The notes beneath the pieces were generated by a model. It was not told where the DNA came from, ran no database searches, and saw only the letters and a program-made list of their open reading frames with translations. DNA of 64,000 nucleotides from Candidatus Eiseniibacteriota bacterium (GTDB lineage: Bacteria > Eisenbacteria > RBG-16-71-46 > CAZAMP01). Position numbers and translations under genes: made by a program. Positions 30,017 through 42,294 of the stretch are shown here, piece by piece. How positions within the stretch are numbered: the first letter of the stretch is position 1; each line of letters starts with the position of its first letter. Where the stretch lies: the NCBI GenBank assembly GCA_965224245.1, contig OZ245046.1:6112001-6176000 (forward strand), written 5' to 3'.

Positions 30017-33000
30017 ATGACCGACGAGAATCCACTAGACGCCGCGCGGATCCTCTGGGACGCCCTCGAGCGTCCGGCCGAGGAGCGGGATGACTTCCTC
30101 CGCCGGGCGTGTGCGCAGGACCCGGAGCTCCTGGAGGAGGTCCGATCGCTCCTGAAGGCACACGCGGCGGCGGGCGACACGCTGGCCACCGCCGGAGCGG
30201 AGGCCGATCTGGCCGTCGCGATCGGCGCACTGGACGAGCTCCCGGTCGGAATGCGGCTGGGCGCCTACACGATCCGATCACTCATCGCCACGGGCGGAAT
30301 GGGCGCGGTCTATCTGGCGGAACGGAGCGACGCCGAGTACGAGAAGAGGGTCGCGATCAAGCTCCTGCGGTCGGCGCTCGTCGCCGATGTGATGCTGGAC
30401 CGCTTTCGCACCGAACGGCAGGTGCTGGCGAGCCTCGATCATCCCAACATTGCCCACCTGATCGACGGCGGAGCGACGAGCGACGGCATCCCGTACATCG
30501 TCATGGAGTACGTGGATGGATGTCCCATCGACGAGTACTGCCGCGCGACGGATCCGTCGATCCGCGAGCGGCTCGAGCTCTTCCGTTCCGTCTGCGCCGC
30601 CGTCAGCTCCGCACATCGAAACCTGATCGTTCATCGGGATCTGAAGCCATCCAACATCCTCGTCGATCGTTCCGGACAGGTGAAGCTGCTCGACTTCGGG
30701 CTGGCGAAGATCCTCGATCCGAGCGAGGTCGCCGCGCAGTCGGTCACACGGCTCCGGATGTTGACGCCTCGCTACGCCAGCCCGGAGCAGATCCGGGGCC
30801 AGCGGGTGACGGCCGCGACGGACGTGTATTCCCTCGGCATCGTGCTGTACGAGATTCTCACGGAATGCTCGCCGTACGAGCTGTCGGGAGACGAGTCGTG
30901 GAGGCTGGAGCGGGCGATCTGTGAGCAGCTTCCTCCGCGTGCCAGCACGAAGCGATGGTCCGGTCCGGCCTCCGAGTCGAGACCGACGCGACGACGGCGA
31001 AGGCAGCTGCGGGGCGACGTGGACACGATCCTCGCCAAGGCGCTCCGAAAGAACCCGGACGATCGCTACCGATCGGCAGACGAGCTGGCCGAGGACATTC
31101 GACGTCATCTCGACGGGTCCACGGTCACGGCCCGGCCGGACACGTTCCGCTATCGAACGCTCGTCTTCGTGCGAAAGCAGCGGGGCCTCGTCACGAGCGT
31201 CCTGGGTATCGTCATCGCTCTCGCCGTCGGGCTCGTGATCGCCCTGCACCAGTACTCCCGCGCCCAGGAGCGCACGAGGGCCGCGGAGCGACTCGCGTAC
31301 TCCGCGAAGATCGCGGCCGCGGAGAAGGCGATCCTGGCGAACCAGCTGGATTCTGCGGAGAGAGCCCTGGACCAGGCGCCTCCTTCTCTTCGCGGCTGGG
31401 AGTGGGGTCATTTGCACAGCCGCCTCGATGGCAGCCACGCGAGCTGGAAGGGCCACGATCACTGGGTGACCACGCTCGCGGTCTCTCCCGACGGATCGAT
31501 GTTCGCGTCCGGCTCGTACGACGGGAGCATCAAGACCTGGGATCTCCCGGGCGGATCGCACGTCCGGACGTTCACGCGCGACGGGACCCGCACGTGGGAC
31601 CACGGCGTGCTGAGTCTCGCGTTCACACCCGACGGACGCCGTCTCCTGGCCGGGTACATCGATTCGACGAGCGAGGACCCGCAAGACGTCGTTCTCTGGG
31701 ACGTCGGGACCGGCGACGTGATCGGGGGTGTGGAAGACGCGATCTGGAGCGAGGTCGCGATCGACGAGGCCGGAGCGTACGCGGCCGTGGGCGTCTTTCA
31801 TGGTCAGGCGCACGTGTTCTCCCTCTCCGATCTGTCGAGCCCCGTTGCCGTGCTCGAGCCTTCGCTCGTGAAACGAGATGGCGAAGACGACCCGGCGGCA
31901 CCTCTTCATGTTCGACTGCAGGATGTCGCGTTTCAGCCCCATGGGAGCTTGCTGGCGACCGCACGTCAACGGGTCGAGCTCTGGGACACCGGCACGTGGA
32001 CGCGGGTGTCGGCGTGGCCGCGAATGGGGCCCGGAGTCGAGTCACTGGCGTTCAGCCCGGATGGGACGCGACTCGCAGCGCTGGTGCGAGAGGGGCCGAT
32101 CATCGTCAGAGAGGTCGCGAACGGCGACGTGGTCGCCGCGTTCGGAGGGGATGGCGGTGACGTGCACGCCATCGCCTTTGCGCCATCGGGTGACGAGGTC
32201 TTCTCGGTCGGCGATGACGGCCGGGTACTCGCCTGGTCGGCGACGAGCAGCGCCCTCCGGCGCGTGCTCAGAGGGCACCGGTCCCCGGTGCGCGCACTGG
32301 CCCTGACGGCGGACGGCCGCACGGTGATCAGCGGGGATGACCGGGGGGAGCTGCGGACGTGGCGCTCGGCAACGGACGACGTCCCGACGTGGAGAGCGTC
32401 ACGACAGTGGCGCCCGACGTGGCCGACTCGCGTGGCCTTCACGCCGGACGGGCGCCGCGTGGTCGTGGCACGCGATGGAGATCTTCCGGCCCTCTGGGAT
32501 TTCGAGGGCGGGTCCAGCGTGGAACACGTTCCGGGTATCGAGCCAATCGATGCCGTGGCGTTCGCCTTCACCCACGATGGCGATCACCTGGTCGTCGCGC
32601 TTCTGCACGGCCTCGTCTCGGTGTCCGGCTATCGAGACCGGACGCGTCTGTATTGCCTGAAGGCGGACCCGGAGGAGGTGAGTGTCGTCGCGACGCATCC
32701 CACGCGGGATCTGTACGTCACCGCCGGCAGCGAGCCGACGGTGAGGATCTGGAAACCCAATTCGATGATGCCCGCGGCCGAGCCACTTCCACATGCAACG
32801 CGGGTGACGGCCGCGCTCTTCACGCCGGACGGCTCTCACCTCATCACCGGTGACGATGGCGGGCGTCTGGTCCGCTGGCGCTGTGAGGGATGGCACCACG
32901 ACGGCGAGCTGAGCGCTCACGCCGCCGGCGTCGTGGATCTCGCCGTCTCTCCCGATGGAGACAGGCTGGCGGCGGTGTTCGCCGACGGGACGGTGCACGT

Positions 33001-34015
33001 GCGGTCGTGCACCCAAGACGACGCCCCCGGCATCGTGATCGGCGATCGTGGTGCCACGTCGGTGAGCTTCGCCCCCGACGGCAGCCGGCTCTTCATCGGC
33101 GATGAGAGCGGTGGGATCCACGTTCTCGATGGCGAGACGCTCGACGAGATCGTCAGCGTGGATGCTCACGAGGGTCGACTCCTGGACCTCGAGTGTTCGA
33201 GGGAGGGTACGCTCGTGTCCGCGTCCCGGGACGGGACGGTCAAGCTCTGGAGGCGATACGGGCGGACGGTCACGGCGGACGCGGCGAGCGCGCAGGTGCG
33301 ATCCACGGGGAGTCCGAACGGCGTGCCTGGGTCTTCACCATCGCGTCCGGATCAGGCAATACCGGCGAACGGTACGCTCCTGGCGCAGTGGGACGCGACG
33401 GCAGGGGCGCACGACGTGATCGGCTCACATGATGGACGCCTGGAGAACGGCGCATCGACCCGCGTGGACTCGAGCGGGAGCGTCTTCACGCTCGACGGTC
33501 CGACGGCCGTCCTCCGGATCGACGATGTGCCGGGCTGCCTGGCCGCTGGTCGGAGCTTCACCATCCTCGGCTGGTTCGGGCCGGACAGCTCGAACGCAAC
33601 CCGCGTGCTCGTGGCGCACGAGCGCTCGGTCAGACTGGCCGACACCGGGTGGTCACTCGCGGCGCAGTATCGAAACGTCCGCCTGACGTTGCGCCGTCCT
33701 CTGGCCGACGGAAGAGCGTCTCATCTCGAGCTCCTGGGGAAGATCGATCTCTCGCGAGCACGGCACGTCGGCCTGAGTCATGATCGTGCGACGGGCTCGG
33801 TGTCCATCTTCGTGGACGGCGAGCTCGTGGGACGTGCGACGCTGAACCTCGAGGACGTCCTCGACCCCGAAGCGCCGCTCCTCATCGGTCGCCATGCACA
33901 CCGGGGCAATCACCCGTTCGACCACTTCGATGGAGCCGTCGATGACGTTCGTGTCTACGAGGGCTCGTTGAGCGTGGACGAGGTGCGAGCGATCTTCCGG
34001 AGAGGCCCGTCCTGA
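30017..34015 (+). CDS. Ser/Thr protein kinase with hydrophobic segment, WD40 repeats and C-terminal LamG-like domain
   Basis: GGMGAVY, VAIK, HRDLKPSN, DFG, YASPEQ; GH..SGSYDGSIKTWD repeats; IFVDG..LLIG..FDGAVDDVRVY. Confidence 0.9.
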   Translation: MTDENPLDAARILWDALERPAEERDDFLRRACAQDPELLEEVRSLLKAHAAAGDTLATAGAEADLAVAIGALDELPVGMRLGAYTIRSLIATGGMGAVYLAERSDAEYEKRVAIKLLRSALVADVMLDRFRTERQVLASLDHPNIAHLIDGGATSDGIPYIVMEYVDGCPIDEYCRATDPSIRERLELFRSVCAAVSSAHRNLIVHRDLKPSNILVDRSGQVKLLDFGLAKILDPSEVAAQSVTRLRMLTPRYASPEQIRGQRVTAATDVYSLGIVLYEILTECSPYELSGDESWRLERAICEQLPPRASTKRWSGPASESRPTRRRRRQLRGDVDTILAKALRKNPDDRYRSADELAEDIRRHLDGSTVTARPDTFRYRTLVFVRKQRGLVTSVLGIVIALAVGLVIALHQYSRAQERTRAAERLAYSAKIAAAEKAILANQLDSAERALDQAPPSLRGWEWGHLHSRLDGSHASWKGHDHWVTTLAVSPDGSMFASGSYDGSIKTWDLPGGSHVRTFTRDGTRTWDHGVLSLAFTPDGRRLLAGYIDSTSEDPQDVVLWDVGTGDVIGGVEDAIWSEVAIDEAGAYAAVGVFHGQAHVFSLSDLSSPVAVLEPSLVKRDGEDDPAAPLHVRLQDVAFQPHGSLLATARQRVELWDTGTWTRVSAWPRMGPGVESLAFSPDGTRLAALVREGPIIVREVANGDVVAAFGGDGGDVHAIAFAPSGDEVFSVGDDGRVLAWSATSSALRRVLRGHRSPVRALALTADGRTVISGDDRGELRTWRSATDDVPTWRASRQWRPTWPTRVAFTPDGRRVVVARDGDLPALWDFEGGSSVEHVPGIEPIDAVAFAFTHDGDHLVVALLHGLVSVSGYRDRTRLYCLKADPEEVSVVATHPTRDLYVTAGSEPTVRIWKPNSMMPAAEPLPHATRVTAALFTPDGSHLITGDDGGRLVRWRCEGWHHDGELSAHAAGVVDLAVSPDGDRLAAVFADGTVHVRSCTQDDAPGIVIGDRGATSVSFAPDGSRLFIGDESGGIHVLDGETLDEIVSVDAHEGRLLDLECSREGTLVSASRDGTVKLWRRYGRTVTADAASAQVRSTGSPNGVPGSSPSRPDQAIPANGTLLAQWDATAGAHDVIGSHDGRLENGASTRVDSSGSVFTLDGPTAVLRIDDVPGCLAAGRSFTILGWFGPDSSNATRVLVAHERSVRLADTGWSLAAQYRNVRLTLRRPLADGRASHLELLGKIDLSRARHVGLSHDRATGSVSIFVDGELVGRATLNLEDVLDPEAPLLIGRHAHRGNHPFDHFDGAVDDVRVYEGSLSVDEVRAIFRRGPS

Positions 34016-34022
34016 CCAGGTC

Positions 34023-34475
34023 TCAGCGATACATGGCCTTCACGCCGGCCCACGAGGTCGGTATCGTGGGGACGACGTCTCCGTCCTGACGGAACACCAC
34101 GTAGTCCCAGTCGACGTCTGCGTCGCAATCCGTTCCCCACGCGATGTCTCCAAACCGCCATCTGTTCTCCGGCACGGTGCGCGCGGCGCCGGTGAAGAGA
34201 AGGACGTCGTCTCGGTAGAAGAAGAAGGTGTTGCTGCTCGCGGGCGAGATGATCCGGAACACGTGGAAGTCACCTCCCGCGTCGATGTCGAAGTCGACCT
34301 GTGTCTCACCCTTGCCCTCGAGGACCACAATTGCCCCGCCCGAGTTCAACGCGAACGCATACTGGTTCGATCCGTCCTCCAGAGCCGGCCCCGTCGATCG
34401 ACAGGCACCGATGGAGTGCACCCTGATCCGGGCCTCGACCTCGATCGGCAGCGTCGTCACGAAGCCGGGCGACAT
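34023..34475 (-). pseudogene. Probably 5'-truncated secreted beta-sandwich protein ending in SWAGVKAMYR
   Basis: DFHVFRI..FYRDDVL..FGD..DWDYV pattern; no signal peptide; IS-end motif at 34497 just upstream. Confidence 0.55.
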
Positions 34476-34778
34476 GGCCGACTCGTAATACGCGCGCGTA
34501 GTGTCCGAAAATACGATTGCGTTGCCAAATAGTAGCTTACGCGTCGCGTGCTAGACTCGTCACATGTGCGAAATCATCCATCTCCAGCTCCTGCTGGCGA
34601 CGCTCTCCGCCTGGATCGGACGTCGGCAGGCGTCAGTCATTGCGTAAGTGATCGAAGAGAATCCGAGCATGGGCGTTCCCGGCGTAGAATGAATGTAAGG
34701 GCGACGCCGGGAAGCTGGCACGGTGGGAGCGTAACGCTACGCCGACCTTGGGCGTCCGGGCCGATGATCAGCCGCAGA

Positions 34779-36820
34779 TCACTCGGGCTGTGAGAACGTG
34801 ACTTGCCAATCCATCTCAGATCGCGCTGGACCTTCAAACTCGCGACCTAGACCTAGGACGCTGATGGCACTGATCGCTAACCAGTATCGGGCTGGCTCCA
34901 GTCGTACCACGTGGGTGCCTTCCTTTCGTTCCCAGTGGCCAATGGCGCTGCTGCTACCCGGTATCCTCACATCCGCCACACAGTTGGCGTATGGGAAGTC
35001 GGCTACCACATCGCTCAATGTAACCTCTAGCATGACGGGCGATGTCGGCTCGATCTCCCACCGCATGCTCCACTGAGTGGTCACCCAGTAGCCACCATTC
35101 AGCGTGGCCGTGGTGGTCCCATGACCCGCCATGTTGGTGAGGGCCGCCGGTGTCCCTTCCCACTCGAAGCTCATCGCGGCGGCGGCATCAACGATCAATT
35201 GATCATCGGATACCTCAGCCATGATGGAACGACGATCGAAGCTCACGTCGGTCTCGAAGACCAAGTCCTCGCCGTAGGTCTTAGGATCATCCCTGGTGTC
35301 TAGACCCTCGTATTTGCACAAGTATTGCAAATGGTGGAACACCACGCTGCCTTGTGAACCGCTCTCCACCTGAACCTCGAACAGCTTGACGTCATTCACG
35401 CCCGCAACCGGGGCTCCGAGATACCATCCGCCGCACATTTCGCCCACGCGATGGATCGACAGCGTCGCCGAGCGATCGGCGGAGGACGCATCGAGGAGCT
35501 GACTCACCGGGATGTCCAGGGGGGTCGAGAAGAAGTTGCCACTGATCGGCATCGGCAGCCGACGGATCTCGGTGGACCCCACCCGGAAGACCAGCTCATC
35601 GTCGCTGAGGAACGCCGAGCCGCCGGGCGGACTGCACCGGAGCGAGCGGAGCAGACCCGAGAAGCCGAGCATGGCATCGGCGGGTACTCCTCGCAGAGCG
35701 AGCTCGGTCTGGATGCTGCCGGGAGGGGTCCCCTCGCCCAGGGTGTGGGTCGAGAGCACGGTTCCGATCGGCTCGTAGACCTCCAGCGTCACATCGCTAC
35801 CGCAGTACTGGATCGCGTCCAGGATCTCCTGGCGGCTCATGCTCGCCTGCGCCACGATGAGGCTGTCGAGCGGAGGAGCCACGGGCCGGTTCGAGTAGGC
35901 GCCGGCCGTGGCCAGGTCGACGAACGGTGTCTGATCGCCCCACTCCCGGCAGATCTCCTGTGCAATCGGCCAGTAGACGTCGTAGAGCGCACCGCCCAGG
36001 CGTTCGAGGCTGGGGCTGACCTGAGGCTCGATGTCGAGCTGCTGGGAGTAGCTCCGGATCTCGTTGACGGTCTGGGCGAGCCAGTACCACAGGAGCCGCC
36101 AGAAGGGATAGTCGATGACCACCCCGTCGTCGTTCACCGACTGCGTGTACGCGTCGATGTAGCGGTTGAAGGGCTCGGCGAACTCGCCCGCATCGAAGCA
36201 CTCCACGTCCAGGGCCATCGCGTTCGCCCCGGCCGCGATGACCGGCGCAAAGCGCCGCACCAGCTCGTCGGCCATGTCGGGTAGGGGTACGACCGTGAAG
36301 TCGGAGCCCGCGTGCTGGAGCACCCTCGCGTGGTGCGTACAGACGACATCTCCGACCAGCGCCAGCTCCGCGGTGACGTCCTCCTTCGCACAGACCCGCT
36401 GTAGCTCGGCGATCTGGTCCAGGAGCGCGCGAGCGCGTCTCATCATCCGATCGGTGCTCGGGTTCTCGGCGACCATCCAGCTCTCCAGGTCGTCGGTCTC
36501 GTCCTGGATGCGTCTCAGCTCCCGGGGGCAGTCCACCGTGGTGACGCCGATCTCGCTGGCTCCGGCCGTCCGGCGCCCGGTGTCGTCGTCGTACCCCGTG
36601 TGCCAGAGCGTGACCTCGAGCCCGGCATCGATGGGCGTCGCGTGCGTGAGCACGCTGTCGAGCCCGGTATAGAGGTACGCTGACCAGCTCTCCGGGGACT
36701 CCCCGTCCGGCAGGGCGATGCGAAGCAGCGCCGGATGGTCGAACGACTGGTTCGCCGGCTCGAGGCGGACGGAGCGCCAGGTGTCCCTCCGGCGGCGTCT
36801 CGGCGACCAGTCGCATCACG
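34779..36820 (-). pseudogene. Large hypothetical protein, 5' end frameshifted or truncated (ZU5-like N-terminus)
   Basis: 624-aa ORF extends upstream in frame as SVRLEPANQSFDHPALLRIALP; frame change near 36785. Confidence 0.5.
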
Positions 36821-37239
36821 ACGTCGTCGGCACGGCGGCTCTTGTCGCTGGGGAGCGAGTCAATTCAGTGGGACCGTCTGACTCGACGAGGTGAGGTCGT
36901 CGCCCCTGGTGTCTACTTTGCACGTGTGAGGTCTAGTGCCGGGGCCGTGACTCTGCGCTTTCTGCTAAGCAAGTGAGCCGGCCGAGCCAGGAGAACATCG
37001 AATGGCAAGCGACAAGAGACCTGCAAAGCGGCACGCGGAAGGTGGTTACGGGCAGATCCTCCAGAGCCTGTCCATCGCAGACTCCGAGATAGTCCACGGC
37101 AGTCAAGATCCTTCTGACGCTTGTGAGAGGCGCTGCTATGCACAACCCGATGTTCCCAGGTGCGCTGAAGTGTCTTCCAGCCACCTCACGAGCCCGAGAG
37201 GTGAAGGTATGAACCGTACCGGGTTCTCCGGAGAGCTGG

Positions 37240-38573
<1,334 letters not shown>

Positions 38574-38623
38574 GGAGGTATCCTCTCAAGGAATACACCC
38601 TCCGGCAAACCCGGCGTGGTTCA

Positions 38624-38750
38624 CAATGACGAGAGGATCCGATCGCGATCGGTGAGCTTTGGGCGCTTGACAGTGCGTTGGTAGACGGCGAGTTGGTGGC
38701 GGAGGACGGCGTTCTCGAGTCGAAGACGGGAGTGGGAGACGAAGGTCCCT
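38624..38750 (-). pseudogene. N-terminal fragment of an rve-integrase-type transposase cut by the IS3
   Basis: Minus strand reads SRLRLENAVLRHQLAVYQRTVKRPKLTDRDRIL up to the IS3 end. Confidence 0.65.
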
Positions 38751-38888
38751 GCGCCCGTTCGTGCGCCATAGTCGCTCACCCTCTCTTGCGAGAGGCTAAG
38801 TTGTCGCGAGGAAGGCTAATCTACCGGAAGAAACCCTGGCTAGGCACGGATGGAGCAGGCCCTGGCTAGGTGTAACGTCCGAAAGCGG

Positions 38889-38956
38889 GTGCGCCGTGAA
38901 GAGCCCACGACATCCAGCGGGTAAGCCCGGCGACTGGCCGCTCCAGCCGGAAGCAG
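38889..38956 (+). ncRNA. Group II intron 5'-end remnant
   Basis: GTGCGCCGTGAAGAGCCCACGACATCCAGCGGGT...CGCTCCAGCCGGAAGCAG; preceded by TGTAACGTCCGAAAGCGG. Confidence 0.75.
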
Positions 38957-39043
38957 CGGTTCGCGATGTGTTCTTGGGGGGCAGGTAGGACTCGAACTCG
39001 CAGGGCCTTTGACTCGAACGGGTTGTTCGACGTTCCGCGTCGA

Positions 39044-39136
39044 GTCGCGAGCGCCCCGGTGGACTGCTGAGGTACTACCATCGGGAGGCGGCGTGATGGG
39101 GCGGTTCTGGGCCCGGTTCAATTGTTTGACGCAACG
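39044..39136 (+). mobile_element. 3' end and right IR of an rve-integrase IS
   Basis: GTCGCGAGCG..GGTGG.CTGCTGAGGTACT.CCATCGGGAGGCGGCGTGATGGGG nearly identical to 60407-60464; ends AATTGTTTGACGCAACG. Confidence 0.75.
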
Positions 39137-39194
39137 CTGCGAAGTCGGATGGAGGCGCGGCTCCGGTGTGCAGTCGGTCTTCGGCATGGACACA

Positions 39195-39632
39195 CTAACG
39201 CGCCCGCCCCGGATCATCGTCCCCCTCAGGTTCGTACGCCGCCAGCTCCCGGATGGTGAGCGATCCAACCGTCGTGTCGAACTGATCGCGCACTCGCGCC
39301 CAGTGCTCGTGAAGCGGACACGCCACGAGGCTGTTGCACTCCGGGTGGCCCAAGATGCAGCGCTTCTCGGCGAGACGCCGTCCCTCCACCGCGACGAGGA
39401 CGTCGTCCACGGTGATCTGTCCGGGGGCACGCGCCAGCACGAACCCCCCGCCCCGGCCCTTCCGAGACCTGACCAGGCGCTCCTGCACGAGCCTCTGAAG
39501 GATCTTGGCCAGGAAGGGTCGGGGGACGTCCGCAGCATCGGCGATGTCGCGGGCCAGGGTGGGACCGCGATCGGCCACGCGACCGAGATGGACGAGTGCA
39601 CGCAACGCGTACTGACAGGTTGGTGAGATCAT
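39195..39632 (-). CDS. Rrf2-family Fe-S transcriptional regulator
   Basis: YALRAL, FLAKILQRL, SRKGRGGGF, three Cys in RCILGHPECNSLVACPLH. Confidence 0.92.
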   Translation of the reverse strand: MISPTCQYALRALVHLGRVADRGPTLARDIADAADVPRPFLAKILQRLVQERLVRSRKGRGGGFVLARAPGQITVDDVLVAVEGRRLAEKRCILGHPECNSLVACPLHEHWARVRDQFDTTVGSLTIRELAAYEPEGDDDPGRAR

Positions 39633-39754
39633 GCGCCGCCGATCTTGTGAGCATGGCAGAGTTGGAGATCCAAGGATCTTCCATAGCCCCGGATGTCACG
39701 CGTCAGTGGTTCCGCGAGCCGGGCTGGAGGGTCGACCATCATCCCTCTCCATCT

Positions 39755-39812
39755 TTACATGTGTAGCATGTCCGATAATACTTGACTACAGGATCCTTTT
39801 TTCTGAAAGTTT
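39755..39812. promoter_or_regulatory. AT-rich divergent promoter region, possible Rrf2 operator
   Basis: AT-rich patch between the Rrf2 gene and the operon; ATACTTGACTA (39778-39788) fits an IscR type-1 half site; TGTAG..CTACA dyad. Confidence 0.4.
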
Positions 39813-39850
39813 CCACGGAGGGCCTGCATGATGCACGGAGCGGCACCCCG

Positions 39851-41806
39851 GTGACCACTTCCACGACGAGACGTCGTGCCTCAGCCCCGCACCTCCACGT
39901 GGAGGTGCCAGGGGCCGGCTATCACCGCGAGCTCGTCTCATGCCAGCAAGCATGTCCCGTTCGCACCGACGCTCGCGGCTACGTCCGCGCCATCGCGGAT
40001 GGGCGCTTCGACGATGCCTATCTCATCGCCCGCGGCCCCAATCCCTTCGCCTCGATCTGTGGGCGCATCTGCGGCGCGCCCTGCGAGGCAGCGTGTCGGC
40101 GGGGTCGGATCCCGCGCGTCGATGCCGAAGGTCGGTACCTAGGCGACGATCGGCCCGTCGCGATCCGGGCGCTGAAGCGGGTCGCCAGCGAGCAGTACGG
40201 CGCCGACGAGCGGTCGCCGGACCGGATCCTCGACGACATCAGGGAACATGTGCCCGGCGCATGTGCGGACGCGGAGGAGATGGCTGCTCTCGTGCGGAGC
40301 CGCGTGCGAGGTGGCTTCGAGCCGGCGACGGGGGAGCCGGTCGCCATCGTCGGGGGTGGGCCCGCGGGTCTCAGCGCCGCACACGACCTCGCGCTCCTCG
40401 GCTTCAAGCCGATCGTCTACGAGTCCGAGCGCGTCGCCGCGGGGATGCTCCATCTCGGCGTTCCCGCGTATCGGCTTCCGCGCGATCTGATTCGCCACGA
40501 GGTCGCGGTCATCGAGGCCCTGGGAGTGGAGATCCGCTACGGCACGGCGGTCGGAGACGCCGTCACGTTCGAGGCGCTGCGCCGCGAACATGCCGCCGTC
40601 ATCGTCGCCGTGGGCGCCAAGCGATCGCGCTCGCTGGAGCTGGAGGGCGAACGCGGACCGTTCGTCTACGGCGGTGTCGACGTCCTGCGTTCCATCGCAC
40701 TGGACGAACCCATCGACCTCGGAAGCGATGTCGTCGTCATTGGAGGCGGGAACGTTGCCTATGACGTCGCCCGGACGGTGCTGCGTCAGGCCGCCTACGA
40801 CGCGGCACGGGCAGTCGCCCGGCTGCCGCGGACGCGGACCGTGAGTCTCGTCTCGCTCGAAGGCCTCGAAGAGATGCCCGCCGACACGATCGAGATCGTC
40901 GAGGGCGACGAGGAGGGCATCCGTCGCATCAACGGCTGGGGACCCCTCGAGATCCAGCGCGAGGGTGCGCGCGTCATCGGAGTCGTGTTCCGCCGGTGCC
41001 TGCGCGTCTACGACGACGAGCGCCGCTTCTCGCCGATCTTCGACGATCAGCAGCAGACGGTGCCGTGCGACACGGTGCTCCTGGCGACGGGTCAGGTACC
41101 GGATCTCTCCTTTCTTCATCCCGGCGGTGAGGACATCGAGGAGGCGCGGCCGGGCTGGCCGCGCATCGATCAGAACTCACTTGCCACGACGGCGCCCGGC
41201 GTGTTCGTCGCGGGTGACCTGGCGCACGGCACGAGGCTGCTCATCGATGCGGTTGCCTCCGGCAAGCGCGCCGCTCGCTCCGTCTACCAATATGTGACGG
41301 GGCGCACCGTGCATCCCCGCATGGTCGAGTCATATCTACCGATCGAGCGGTACCGGCGTGAGCTCGGCTACGAGACGCTGCGCCGTGTCGAGGTGCCGGC
41401 GCTCCATCCGAAAGAGCGTCTGGATGACCCCTCCGCCGTGGTCGAGATCGGCTTCGATCCGGATGCCGCGACGAGGGAGGCGTCGCGGTGTCTCGACTGT
41501 GGCGTTACGCCCGTGTTTGACGGCTCACGATGTGTGCTATGCGGCGGTTGCGCGGACGTTTGCCCCACGCAGTGCCTGAAGCTCGTCGCCCTCTCACGGA
41601 TCGTCCCCACTGCTGATCTGGACGCTTGCATCGAGCGATCCCTCGGGAGCGACGTCGACATCGGCGGGCATTCAGCCATCGTGAAGGATGAAGACCGCTG
41701 CATTCGCTGTGGCCTCTGCGAGCAGCGATGTCCCGTCCAGGCGATCTCCATGGAACGCGTGTGTTTCGCCGTCGACTGGCAATGGAATGGAGGAGCACGG
41801 AAGTGA
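39851..41806 (+). CDS. GltD/SudA/NfnB-like FAD- and NAD(P)-binding oxidoreductase with N- and C-terminal 4Fe-4S clusters
   Basis: CQQACP, ICGRICGAPCEAAC, GGGPAG, GGGNVA, FVAGD, RCLDC, CVLCGGCADVCP, CIRCGLCEQRCP; no signal peptide. Confidence 0.9.
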   Translation: MTTSTTRRRASAPHLHVEVPGAGYHRELVSCQQACPVRTDARGYVRAIADGRFDDAYLIARGPNPFASICGRICGAPCEAACRRGRIPRVDAEGRYLGDDRPVAIRALKRVASEQYGADERSPDRILDDIREHVPGACADAEEMAALVRSRVRGGFEPATGEPVAIVGGGPAGLSAAHDLALLGFKPIVYESERVAAGMLHLGVPAYRLPRDLIRHEVAVIEALGVEIRYGTAVGDAVTFEALRREHAAVIVAVGAKRSRSLELEGERGPFVYGGVDVLRSIALDEPIDLGSDVVVIGGGNVAYDVARTVLRQAAYDAARAVARLPRTRTVSLVSLEGLEEMPADTIEIVEGDEEGIRRINGWGPLEIQREGARVIGVVFRRCLRVYDDERRFSPIFDDQQQTVPCDTVLLATGQVPDLSFLHPGGEDIEEARPGWPRIDQNSLATTAPGVFVAGDLAHGTRLLIDAVASGKRAARSVYQYVTGRTVHPRMVESYLPIERYRRELGYETLRRVEVPALHPKERLDDPSAVVEIGFDPDAATREASRCLDCGVTPVFDGSRCVLCGGCADVCPTQCLKLVALSRIVPTADLDACIERSLGSDVDIGGHSAIVKDEDRCIRCGLCEQRCPVQAISMERVCFAVDWQWNGGARK

Positions 41807-42294
41807 CCACCAGACCCTCCACGGAACGCTCGCGGCTCGATCCCGATCCCATGCCGCGTCGCGACTTTCTCGGAATCGCGGCGTTCTGGTCCGCGATGGT
41901 CGCGGGACTGCTGGCGATGGTCGGGATCGGGCGGCTGCCTCGTGCTGCCGTGCTTCCATCACCTTCGCGCCGCTTCCGGGTGCAGCTCCCGGAGTCCCTC
42001 ACGCCGGGCAGCCCCTTCCTGCCCCCTGGACGCGCGGTGGCGGTGATCCGCGATCGCGATGGAGGGGTGTTCGCGATCTCGACCGTGTGCACGCACCTCG
42101 GCTGCATCGTCAAGGAGGCCGCCGACGGCTTTCACTGCCCATGCCACGGATCTCGTTTCGGGCTCAACGGTGAACTCGTCCAGGGCCCCGCTCCGAAGGG
42201 CCTGCCCTGGCTCGCGGTGACCCATGTCTCGGGTGACATGTGGATGGTGGATGAAGACCAGCCGGTGCCAGCGGGAACGAAGGTGATGGCATGA
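41803..42294 (+). CDS. Rieske 2Fe-2S protein (Tat-exported)
   Basis: RRDFL plus TM helix; CTHLGC and CPCHGS. Confidence 0.93.
   Translation: MTTRPSTERSRLDPDPMPRRDFLGIAAFWSAMVAGLLAMVGIGRLPRAAVLPSPSRRFRVQLPESLTPGSPFLPPGRAVAVIRDRDGGVFAISTVCTHLGCIVKEAADGFHCPCHGSRFGLNGELVQGPAPKGLPWLAVTHVSGDMWMVDEDQPVPAGTKVMA

Noticed and set aside
8000-37000. Classical integron cassette array
   Set aside because: No tyrosine integrase, and no attC-type RYYYAAC...GTTRRRY sites recognised between genes; genes lie in both orientations
38960-39040. tRNA or att-site remnant suggested by GTAGGACTCGAAC
   Set aside because: Resembles a reverse-complement T-loop, but I could not fold a cloverleaf; no tRNA or rRNA is supported in the window
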